Positions 1 through 11,060 of a DNA stretch of 64,000 bases are shown here, in pieces. The translations under genes were made by a program, and so were the position numbers. The DNA comes from Camelus ferus. Its lineage: Eukaryota. The stretch spans positions 45,448,001-45,512,000 of the forward strand of contig NC_045696.1 of assembly GCF_009834535.1 (NCBI RefSeq), written 5' to 3'. The notes under the pieces are model-generated. The model saw only the letters and a list, made by a program, of their open reading frames with translations, searched no databases and had not been told where the DNA came from. The first letter of the stretch is position 1; each line of letters starts with the position of its first letter.

Positions 1-839
1 AAGTAAAATACACAAATAACACAGTAATAAATAAAGTTTAAAAAAATTCCCTTACTTTCTTTAAGAGTGTTCTCTTTTCATTAGTGATGAAAAGTCAGGA
101 AAAGGTTTATGAAATTGTGTACAAAAAGGAGAACCTCCCATTGGAAGCAACAGGTGGAGACAGAGGCACATTATCTTACCTTTCTGGAGGTGGGAAAGGA
201 GTCAAAGGAAACATTAGAGCAATTATATCATGAACAGTGATGTGAACAGAGTCTCTTTTTATTTGAGTTAATTTTCTTGGAAATGTGACCTGGTAGAATC
301 TCGCAAATGAATTGATTCAGGCAAACAATATTAATAGTACTATTCTTCTATTTTATGGGAACATTGTTTCCTATAGATTAACTATGGAAACAGAAAGAAT
401 TACTACGGGAACTACTTTGTTGATAATGTTGTATTGGGAATGTGTGGTAGAGGCAGGATATTATCCTGCTCACTATCAGGGAAATGGGGAGCATTTTATT
501 TTTTGTTTCCAGTTGAATTGTCTACAATATCTATAATGCTACTTGAACTACTTTGATTTCTTATTTTTTCACCTGAACAGATTTCCTGTCGTGCTGTTTA
601 TATTTATCTTTAATTTTTGGTTATTTGTTTCTAACCCATATTCTCTACCTTCATTTCTATTGTTATGATTACAGGATCATGTCTCCTATCAAAGGGCCGG
701 ACAACCAGTGTGCTGGACTTCATTCCCTTTTCCCTTCTCCAAGAACTATCTGTCTCTTTTTCTGTTAAAAATTTCTCTCTCACTTTGGAGATTATTCCCA
801 TGACCATACACATATATCCTCATTACTCTTCTGTTAACA

Positions 840-881
840 CACAACACACACACACATTCTCTCTCTCTCTCTCTCTCCCCC
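840..881. repeat. Compound (CA)n-(CT)n microsatellite
   Basis: acacacacacaca-tt-ctctctctctctctctctc read directly. Confidence 0.85.
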
Positions 882-1519
882 CACACCTGCCTTGGCCCCG
901 TATCCCCATCCAATTATTTTTCCATTTTTTTAATACACTGTTACAGCAAAACTTATTTCACCATCTAATTTTACATCTCACTTACATCTTCAAATCACAT
1001 TAAAGCTTCTATTTCCACCACTTGAGAAAATCCCCAAAGACTTCCATGTTGCCACAAATCACTGGTCACATTTCTGTCTTCATCTTAATCAATCTCATGC
1101 CAAAGTTTTATAGAGTTGACCCTATTCCTTCTATTTTAGAGTCTTTCAATATTTGGCTTCAGTGACATCCTATTCCTGGTTTTTTTTCCCCCTTTAATCT
1201 CTATAATCACTTCCTCCTGGGCTCCTTTGCTGGAGCCTGTTTGACCTCTACCTGTGGTGCCCAAGGCCTTCGTGATGCACACCCTTCACTTCTTTGGCCA
1301 CATCTATTTCTGTATCATCTTATCAAATCTTATGACCTTAAATACAATTTATATTCTTCATAATGTCAACATAGTATTTCTAACACTAATCTTTCCTGAG
1401 AATGCCAGATTAAAATACCCAGCTATTTACTTAAAAAGCTTTAATTTGTTGTCCAATTCAGTGCTTCTCAAACTTTCTGTGTCAAATTTTTTTTAATTTA
1501 AAATTTTTTTTTAAATTTC

Positions 1520-2525
1520 TAAATTCATTATAGACCAATAGTTTTGTAAAAGTCAATGAAAATAAACTAGAAAAATAAAATAAAGAAAAAGCACATAAAA
1601 AATACAAGCCACCCCCCTTTTAAAATTACATCCAAAAGACCTAAGATTACATTTCAATAAGTGTAATTAGAACAAGAAAAGCATAGGAAAAAAGAATTCC
1701 AAAAACTATACATTGTATTTATCAAATGTGTGCAGATAGGTGATTAATAGACAGTTGCTTCAACACTCGTGATTTTTACTCTGAAATTATCATAATCAAA
1801 AATTAAGAGTGAAATAGTGATTCCTCACATTAAATTTCCTACTAGTAGACTTTGAACATACAAGTATATCACTATTTAAAATTTTTAACTTGACAAATAA
1901 GCTTGCCTCTTAACTAGTTTATTTTAGATTGACGACAATTCTGTCAGCAGATTATATATATGTTATATATTATATTAGTACTATATATACATTTTATTGT
2001 CTGCTTTAATAATATTCAATATAGAAACCAGTCTCACAGACATAGGCTGATGAAAATGGAAAAAGATAACTTAAAAGTGATTTCAGAAAGCTCACAATAT
2101 TTACTTTTAACTTTCATTCAAAATAATGCTAGTGATGATATAGTTTCAAAATTCATCTTCAATCTTTCATCAGTAGCCAATTCCAATAATTTGTCCTACA
2201 AAGCAATAACATTCAAATTCTTCTGGCAAAAAAATGGATTTCAAATTTGTACCTTTCTGGGTTACAACCAAGTTTAAACTATCACATGTTGTCATGTGTT
2301 CTTACAGTGCATAATCAGTATGTAGCTGGTGACCTGGGCAACTCACTATGTGAATTTGACAGCAGAAAAGCTGGCCAACACACAGTTAAATGTGACAGGT
2401 TTACTTACCACATGATTGGATATCACAGCACTGTCAAGTTGCTATAAACGTATCTAAATTCTTCCTTCTGATTTCTGTACTTATCCTGTCACTAACTGAT
2501 AAGTAATTCATGGGCCAGTTTTGAT
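1520..2525 (-). mobile_element. hAT-Charlie DNA transposon remnant with decayed transposase C-terminal (dimerisation) domain
   Basis: Minus strand ~2220-2020 translates to NLNVIAL*DKLLELATDERLKMNFETISSLALF*MKVKSKYCELSEI...(frameshift)YVCETGF, matching the hAT C-terminal W..K..YPELA..A...P.STYLCETGFS pattern; Charlie-type terminal sequence near 2440-2525. Confidence 0.75.
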
Positions 2526-2847
2526 CTAATATACATCTCAAACTTAATATAGCCAAAAACGAACTCATGATTTACCAAACCACAGTAGCTTTTATCCCCA
2601 CCATTCCCATTTATTAAATAGTATCACTGTCCACCCAGTTGAAAGTATTAACACCAAAATTATAGATGTTATTCTTTTTCTTATTTTTAAAGTAAAAATT
2701 ACAAGAAGTAGCATGCCTTGGGAAGAGACATTAAGGAACAGATTAAACATAGGTCAGTAAACCATCTATCTGATAAAGACTGTAGCTACAGCAGTATTTT
2801 TTGATCATACAGCTCTTAAGAAAAGTCTTATTTTCAGAATAACGTAC

Positions 2848-3361
2848 TGTATTAGTTTCTTACTGCTCCTTTAACAAATTACCACCAACTTAGTGTCTTA
2901 AAACAATACAAAATTAGTATCTTACAGTTTTGAGGTCAAAGGTCCAAAACTGGTCTTCACTGATCTAAAATCAACGGATTAACAGGGCTGCATTCTTTCT
3001 GAAGGCTCTAGGGGAGAATAAATTTCTGTTTTTTCCATCTTCTAGGGGCTGCTTACATTCCTTCCTTGGATTATGGTTCCTTCTTCCATCTCCAAAGCCA
3101 TCAGTTTAGCATCATCAATCCCCTCTCTGCCTCTGATTTGGTTGTCACATCATCCTTCCCTCTTTCACCCTTTTGTCTCCCTCTTGTAAGGACTCTTGTG
3201 GTTACATTGGTCTTACCCTAGATAATCCACCATAATCTCTTCATCTCAATATGCTTAATTTAATTGCATCTGCAAAGTCCCTTTTGTCATGTAAACTAAT
3301 ATATTCACAGGCTCTGGGGATAAGGACAGATATCTTTGGGACCATTATTCCATCTACCACA
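2848..3361 (-). mobile_element. MaLR solo LTR (MLT1D-like)
   Basis: TG...CA ends; tgtattagtttc...aacaaattaccaccaacttagtgtcttaaaacaa and catctgcaaagtcccttttgtcatgtaa hallmarks; degenerate 5-bp TSD cgtac/catag. Confidence 0.85.
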
Positions 3362-4357
3362 CATAGTTTAACTAAAACTCTACCAAAGCCTGCCCAAAAA
3401 ATTCCACCAAAAGTTTAGCATCTGCAAAAAGAAAAATCAGAAAATTTTCTCTTTGGTAAATCTTCTACTAAAATCAGAGAAACCCAAAAATGTTCATTTC
3501 AAATATTAATGGATATATCAGTTTTTACTAAATGATTTATTAGTAATGCTCAGTTTTATTAAAACATTTTATATAATAATCTATAATATAATTACTTCTA
3601 CGTGAAGGTACAACAATACGTATTGAAATAAAAATAAAATCAATTAGGCTGCTATTTCTGAAAAACTGTGAAAAACTTAAACAAACCCAAGACAAAGTAT
3701 TCAAGATAAAATAGGTATATTCCCATACATTCAAAAAGAGAGTGCAACTACCATGTTTTATGAATAAACACCTACATTTTGGCAACATAGGGGCTTGAGA
3801 ACATTAACTCTATTTCCAGTACAATTTATTTCATTGCTAATAAAACTCATGAGTTATACTGGATGCTGGAAATATGATCTGTGGAGTGGGCATGGTTAAC
3901 TGATTCTGTAGGGAATCATTTATTTTTTGGAGCTTTACAAATAAACTGGTGCACTTTCAGGTCCTCGTATTTAAGCATCTTCTCACTCCCAGAGGCAGCT
4001 GCAGTGCTCCCCCCACCTAAGTTCCTGGTGACTGACACAAATCAAAGGACCCTAGGAGCTGGGTTGCCACTGTTTCTGAAGCAACCTGCCAGAAAACCAG
4101 CACAGAGCCACCTAGGAATTATTCTCGATTTTACTCCCTCCACCCAAGCTATCTATCAGCATTCTATTTCCAAATCATATTGACATTCTGAGTCCATCTG
4201 TTTCTCTCCATTGCTACTTTTACTATTCTTGTGAAATCATCATCATTCCTGACCATGATTACTGCAATAGTCCTTAGTACTCACCCCCCTTCCATTTTTG
4301 CCTTTCTAAAGTTCGTTCTCTACACAGCATCCATATGAAGCTTTTAAAAAAGCAAAT

Positions 4358-5835
4358 CAAACACAAAACTATAAAACTCCCAGAAAATAACATAGGAGAA
4401 AATCTCAATGACCTTAATTAGGACAATGCCTTCTTAGATACAGTACCAAAGCCATGACACATGAAAGAAATCATTGATAAACTGGACTTCTTTAAAATTA
4501 AAAATTTCTGCTCTGCAAAAGGCACTGTCAAGGAAATGAGAAGACAAGCCACAAACGGGGAAAAAAAAAAACACTTGCAAAGAAATATCTGGTAAGGACT
4601 TTAATGAAAATATACTTTCCTAAAATTCAACAATAAGAAAATGAAAAGCCTGATTAAAAAGTGGGCAAAGACCTCAATAGATACCTCATCAAAAAAGGTA
4701 CACAGATGGCAAACAAGACTATGAAAAGATGTTCCACATCACATGCCACTAGGGAATTGCAAATTGACACAAAAATGAGATACTACTACAAACCTATCTG
4801 AATGGCCCAAATCCAAAACCCTGGCAACACCAAGGCTAGAGAGGATGTGGAGCCAACAGAAATTCTCATTCATTGCTGGTGGGAATGCAAAATGGTAGAT
4901 ACTCTGGAAGGCAGTTTGGCAGTTTTTTTTTTTTTTTTTACAAATCAAACATAACTCTCACCATACAACCCATCAATTATGCTCCTTGGTATTTGCCCAA
5001 ATAAATTGAAAACATATGTCCACACAAAAGCCTGCATATGAATGTTTTTAGCCACTTCTTCATAATTGTCACAACTTGGAAGCCAGATGTCTTTCAGTAG
5101 GTGAATGGATAAATAAACTATGGGGCATCCAGACAATGGAGTGTTATTCATGGCTAGAAAGTGAGCTATCAAGCCATGAAGAGGCATGGAAGAAACTTGA
5201 AATACATGTTATCAAGTGAAAATAGCCAATCTGAAAAAGAATTATACTGTATAATTATAACTATATGACATTCTGGAATAGGCAACACTACGAAGACAGT
5301 AAAAGATTATCGATTGTCAGGGGCTGGAGGGGAAGAAGGGATGAGTTCGTGGGGCACGGGGGACTTTTAGGGCAGTGAAACTATTTTGCATGATACTATA
5401 ATGGTAAATATATGTCATTACACGTTTGTCAGAATCCATAGACTCTGTAACACCAGGAGTGAACCCTAATGTAAACTATGGACTTTGGCTGATAATGATG
5501 TATCAACCTAGGTTCACTGATTGTAACAAATGTAGCATGCTGGTGAGAGACGCTGTTATCTGGAGAGGCTGTGTATGTATCAGGGTAGGACGTATATGGG
5601 AACTCTGTACTTTCCACTCAATTTTGCTGTGAATGTAAAGCCGCTCTAAAAACTGAAATATATTTCTTAAAAAAATAGCAGTAATAAAATTTTAAATACA
5701 AAAAATAAAAAATTAAAATAATTAAAATAAAATTGTAAAATAAAATGAAATGTATAAGATGAAAACGAAGTGAAAATAAAATAAAAATTGGAAAACCGAA
5801 ATGGTAAAACTAAACAAATAAAGAAAAAATAAATC
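4358..5835 (+). mobile_element. 5'-truncated L1 (L1MC-like): ORF2 end, 3'UTR and degenerate A-rich tail
   Basis: ataaaactcccagaaaataacataggagaaaatct, cattgctggtgggaatgcaaaatgg, gtgaaccctaatgtaaactatggactttgg; A-rich run ~5670-5835; aaatcaa on both flanks. Confidence 0.9.
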
Positions 5836-6040
5836 AAGTAATGACATTCTACTTCCTTAAAACAAGTCTTACCACCTACTCTTCAGTCCCTGGAAGGTGT
5901 TCCCACTGAACTGAGAATAAAATCTAAACCTTTCCTGGTTTTCCGGGTCCCCCATGATTTAGCCTATGCTTACTTCTCACCTTCTTCCAGGGACTCCAGT
6001 CATACTCTTTTCGTTCTCTTTCTGGCTCAAGCCAAAGACA

Positions 6041-6421
6041 TGTGCAAATAAATAAAGACCACTGGAATGAGAAGAGAGGTTATGCATTCAGAGTTTGCAA
6101 GTGAGTCAGTCACCATCACTTGCATTTGGCAGAAACTCAAAGGTAGTCAGGGTAGTGGGAAATTTTATGGTGAACAAAGGGGAAGGCTTCAGGTGTGCTC
6201 TCATGGGAAGTCGGTGGCATGGGGAAGCTGGAAGGCGGCTAAATGGAAGCGGAGCATCTTATATGACTGGTGAACACATCTGGCTATCTCTTGGTCATGA
6301 GTGTGAAACAGGCAAAAATAGAGACCCTGGTTTGGCTTCTGGGGCTGTTGCTACAGACATTGTTGGTTAGAGTTACACTGTTGTATATGATCTGGCCATT
6401 GTTTGTATATTCAGTCTCTCA
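6041..6421 (-). mobile_element. ERV1-class solo LTR (MER34-like)
   Basis: TG...CA termini, perfect 4-bp TSD GACA (6037-6040 / 6422-6425); minus strand begins tgagagactgaatatacaaacaatggccagatcatatacaac. Confidence 0.85.
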
Positions 6422-7410
6422 GACATTCTAACTGATGTTTGCCTTTGCAACTGGGTAGCGTTTGGAATGCTCTTTCCTTAACCATCATGTGGGAACTCTA
6501 AGGCATCCTAGACTATGATATAATACAAGCCCTAAGGTTGTGCTTTGGGACACCTCCATCCTGACTTTAGATACTATATTCAGTATCATCTACTCAAAGA
6601 TACCTTCTTTGACCATATACCGGCACATCGATATATTTTAATTTTGGGCATACCATTCATCACAGTATTTTTTCCTATTTTTATTCTTTCTATTTCACTT
6701 ATTTATTGAGCAAGTTCCACTTAAATACATACATACTTCAACAGAAGGGATTTTGCTTATCATCAGTACCTATAATAGTGCTTGGCACATAATAGCCTTT
6801 CAACAATATATTCTGAAAGAATAAGTGAATGAATGAATATTATAAAATATTCAACTGAGTTGACATCTAGGTTCTGTGTATACCTGTGTGTGGCCAATTT
6901 AAGGAAATACTTATAATAATAAAGTATAGATCAATTTTCGTATTTATAATCTTCATATACTTTTATATTTTATTTTTCCCCTGGTTCAGAAAAAAGCCTT
7001 TTTTTTTCTTTTTACACTTTTATCTTCTTAACTTTACCTACCTTCTCCCAAACTTTTATCTCTGCTCATTCTGCTCTTGAGTGATATTTCTCATTTCTGT
7101 TCCTCATATCTTTCTCACCAGCAATAGATTCAAACTCTGACAATTTATCTATGTCCAAAAATTTATTTAAATAACCAAGAGAAACTGATATTTATTGTTC
7201 TATGAGGGGTCATTTGAGTAGCCCAGATATTAAAGCTTTGTCTCAGGATTCAAGTTAATACCTTTTTTTCTGTTTTCTTTTTTCCCCCATTGGTTTAATA
7301 AAAAGCTGATTTACTACTTTTTATGTAAAATTGTTCAGTGGGGAAGAGATGCAAAAATGTGTCTAAGAATCCCATGAGTTTTTATGAAGGAAGGTATAAA
7401 TAACCTAATC

Positions 7411-7657
7411 CAGTGTTTCTCAACCTTCATTTTTTTCATTATTGCTCTCCTAGGGAACCCTTTTAGATCATTTTTCCTATTTATTGCCCCTGTTCATGGA
7501 GTTTTAGTACCTCAGGTACACTGTATATCTGTTTCTGTACTTTGTGTATATATGTGAATTATACAAAAAGAGGGTGAGATTTTTTTCATCCCTCAAGAAC
7601 CAGTTTTTGACCCCTTGGGGGGAAACAGACCCCACCCCACCTCTTTGAGAATGCATG
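7411..7657. mobile_element. Non-autonomous hAT MITE
   Basis: Imperfect terminal inverted repeats cagtgtttctcaa ... ttgagaatgcatg. Confidence 0.65.
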
Positions 7658-8041
7658 AAGTCCCGAGCCATTTACCCTGCAGTTTCCTCCTGTAGCTCTC
7701 ACAGTGAACTAGGTTAGTCTTAACAAGACTCAGAGAACAGTGAGGCTCCTGAAATAAAATTACTTTGAGGAGAAATTGATGACTCTGGAAAGGGCCTGAA
7801 GCTGATCAGCCTGTGACTGAGGCTCAGAAGTCCCCTGGACCTGGCCACAGTGCCACAATGTGTGTGCCACTGAAAACAATGCTTGACAGTGGGAGCACTG
7901 AGCCTTGGGACACAAGGCTTCTGACTGTTCTAAGAAGACTACCAAGATCTGTCCAGGACATCTCGTAAGAGCAGAAGATAAGCACAGACAAGACACAAGC
8001 TTGATAAGGACAAAGACTGTTTTGTTTCCTCCTCCAGTATT

Positions 8042-8201
8042 CAGAACTACGTACCTAATGTGTAGGGCCCAGTGCAAAAGGAAAATACAAGACCCCTTGT
8101 TAAAATATTAAGAATTTCAAGATGGTGACAGCAGAGCAGTAAACGCACTTCAAGGCCTTCTGAGTATGGGAACCTGTGCGTCTGCACTTGAAGCCGGCCT
8201 G
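8042..8201 (-). mobile_element. MER45A-like hAT-Tip100 MITE
   Basis: ggccccagtgcaaaaggaaaat...aagaatttcaagatggtgacagcagagc...gaagccggcctg is the reverse complement of the MER45A pattern. Confidence 0.8.
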
Positions 8202-8264
8202 ACTCTATCTTCAGTGTGTAGAATAGCGTCTGGAATATTGTTGACTTGAGTAGAAGCTGTTGAA

Positions 8265-8713
8265 TGTATTATTTGCTCTCCAAAAAATCAGAACCAACAG
8301 GATATACAGAAAGAGACCATGATATTTTATGGAGGGTAAGAAGTCCACCATCTGCCATCGGCAAGCAGGAGGCCCAGGGAAGCTGACAGAGTTCCTGTAT
8401 GAGTCTGGAGGCTTGAGAAACAGGGGACACAAGGGTGTAAGTCCCAGTCCAAGTCCAGAGGCTGGAGAACCAGGGGCTCCCACATCTCAGGGCAAGAAAA
8501 GCTTTCTGTGCCTTTTTGCTCAATTCAGGCCCTCAGCAGATGGGATGACACTACTCATGTGCGTAAGAGTCGTCCTCTTTCCTCATTCTACCAATTCAAA
8601 CCTTAATCTCTTCCAGAGACAACCTCCCAGACACACCAAGAAATAATGTTACACCAGTTATCCAGGCATCCCTTAGCCCAGTCAAGCTGACGGATAAAAA
8701 TTAACCATCTTCA
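8265..8713 (-). mobile_element. ERVL solo LTR (MLT2B-like)
   Basis: ctcc...cagaaccaacagga start; cagacacaccaagaaataatgtt...ccagtcaagctgac...aattaaccatc end. Confidence 0.8.
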
Positions 8714-8734
8714 TGAGTAAATGAAATCAGGAGG

Positions 8735-9153
8735 CTGGGCTGGGCCTCAGGGGAGGCAAGTAAGGCACACAGGGCACAAAGTTTCAGAAGGCACTCGCTC
8801 TCAGATTTGCACAGAGCCAATCCCGCACCTGCAGGGTCCTGGCAGAAGTGCACAACCTCCAAAGGGAGCTACACATGGCTCAGTGTTTTGTTATCACTAC
8901 TTTAGAATTCTTAACAATTTTTTAACAAATGCCCCACATTTTCATTTTGCACTGGGTCCTACAAATTGTGTAGCAGGTCCTGCCTGAGAGTAAAAGCCTC
9001 CTTATGACTGAAGAGTCTAGGTCACAAAATTTATGAGATGCTCACTCTCAATTTTGTAAGAGTGCTCAGCCTGCACTTGCAGCAAGCTTAGAGCAGCGTC
9101 TCCAGACGTTCTGTACCCTAGGCACCTCACTTACTTCACACCAGTCTGGCCCT
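8735..9153. mobile_element. MER53-like palindromic MITE fragments with a nested + strand MER45A-like copy (8832-8982)
   Basis: gaggcaagtaaggcacacagggcacaaag...gcactcgctctcag and ccctaggcacctcacttacttcac...ggccctg arms; internal cattttcattttgcactgggtcctacaaattgtgtagcaggtcctg. Confidence 0.65.
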
Positions 9154-10499
9154 GAAGTGGAGACAAGCCACCTCCAATGTCACAGAGAACTGAAAAAGGA
9201 CTGATGTCTGTACTGTCCCAGTTCTCAGTTTTTGGAAAATTTAGGAGTGGTGGTGATAGCAGTGACAAGAAGCCTCAGAAGAAGTCCCTACGAACGAAAC
9301 GATGTGAATTTGAGAGATTAACCTGAAAAATTCAGAAGACACAGTCCCCCCTCCATGTTAATTATATCATGAATTCTAGACATCTCCTGGGAATGCTGTG
9401 ATGTTGATGCTGCAGATGAAGAAGACTGAATGTCAAGAGTCAAGGCCTATTCTGGGCCTTCTCATGGATAATTCATGACACCGAGTTTTTGACTAGAGCT
9501 AGTCCCTGGTGTTAGGGCCTCTCAGGCCCTGCCCTGGCGTCCCAGATTCCCAGACTTGTTACTCATCATATTTAGAGCAGAATCATTACCATCCATCAAT
9601 TTTCCAATCATAGCCAAGCTAAAAAAAATGATCTTCTCCCTTATTTCCACTCTTAGTTATAGGATTCTAAAAGCAACTATCTTTACCTCTAGTGTGACAC
9701 TAATGTATTACTTACAAAAGCATCTCTAAAAATGCCTCATCATGAGATCTTACTTGTTAAAAAGTCAGTATCATTAGCTTATACCATCATCATTACCAGT
9801 GCTCAAAGGATATACAGCACTCTGAAACACTGGTCATTAGAATTCTCTCCAAAAACAGAAGTTAAATAAATTGAATCAATTTGATACCTTAAAATTTATT
9901 TTCATACTGAGTATCTTATTTGGATTAGTTTGTAGAAAGAACAACCATGACTTTAATTTAATTTTATTTTTTTCCTTCTACATTAGATGTTTTCATGTTT
10001 CATTCATAACCAGAGCACAGCAGAGTACAGCTGAAGCACAATCTGAAGTGCAAAGCTGGAAAAATACACAAGGAAATTACGGCAAATGATAGTGCGATGG
10101 TTTTTGTTAGGCTCATTGGGATACAGGGAGTGGGACTGCATGCTACTCTGTGTAATGAGGGTTTATTATGGGATATACATATACATACAATCTTGAAAAG
10201 CTGAACAACTAAGCCATACCTTTTTAATGGTGATTGGAACCAGAAGGTTCTTTAGTATTCAAGACAGCTCCAAGGCCCAGAGCCATGGGAATTAATGGCT
10301 ATTTATTCTAACTGCCTGCCATTAGAGCAACCCAGCTACGTATGCTCTGTGAGTCAGCTTCTGTCTGTCTCTTAAATTCTCTCCCAACCGGTCTTTCACC
10401 TTCCACTCTCAGGGTCACAAATTGGCAGACTAGAGCAGAATATGCCCAGGAGACAATCTTTGTTAAAACAGCATGTGAGGTTGTTTTTTTTTTTAATTG

Positions 10500-10820
10500 A
10501 ATGTGAATGTCTTTAAGGCAGTATTTGCATTTTCCAGTTTGCAGCAAACTGCTCACAGCTGCCCCGGCAGCTGAGGGGTGGGGAGTCTTCTCTAGGAGGG
10601 GTCTGAGCAGAGCAGACACACACAAACAGGTCCACTGTGCCCTGTCAGAGTGCAAAGGGCACCTAGTGGATGCACACTGACACTTACAAGCAATGCACGT
10701 GTAGGTGAGCTACTTTGCTGTCCTGTGCCTGTTTCTTTATATATAAAACCAGGATAACACCGCCTACCCCAAATAGCTATTTTTGGAATTAAACAGAAAA
10801 AAATAAAGTAGCAGAATGCT
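10500..10820. promoter_or_regulatory. Candidate muscle-type enhancer (paired CAGCTG E-boxes + MEF2-type site)
   Basis: CAGCTG at 10556 and 10568; CTATTTTTGG at 10777-10786; non-repeat sequence. Confidence 0.4.
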
Positions 10821-10834
10821 TCAGGGTCCAAGTT

Positions 10835-11060
10835 ACACACTCACACAACCTGGGTTCAAAGACTGCCTCTGCCATGCAGTAGTTTCATAATTCTGATTTC
10901 ACCTCTCTTAGCTTATATTCCCACTTCTATCAAATAATATTTTTTCCTATATGCTTATTTTGAGAATTAAGTAAGATAATTATAATATACCTAGGTAACA
11001 TCATTTAATACAGTGATTTACATGCTGTGAAACAATAAATATTAGCTACTATTATTATCT
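10835..11060 (+). mobile_element. MIR SINE
   Basis: cctgggttcaaa...gcctctgcca, tgagaattaagtaagataat, caataaatattagctactattattat. Confidence 0.7.

Larger units (their letters stand above)
960..6838 (+). mobile_element. Ancient L2 LINE 3' region, fragmented by later insertions (pieces ~960-1485, 2530-2680, 4110-4357, 5836-6040, 6426-6838)
   Basis: L2-like pyrimidine-rich blocks in collinear order (gacttccatgttgccac..., catctcaaacttaatatagccaaaaacgaactc, gattactgcaatagtcct, ataaaatctaaacc), ending in the typical L2 tail ttggcacataatag...gtgaatgaatgaat at ~6838. Confidence 0.7.

Noticed and set aside
1890..2240. Domesticated hAT transposase (ZBED-like) exon
   Set aside because: In-frame stops, a frameshift and an AT-rich insertion; only a short C-terminal relic
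5670..5835. Novel A-rich satellite
   Set aside because: Explained as the degenerated poly(A) tail of the adjacent L1
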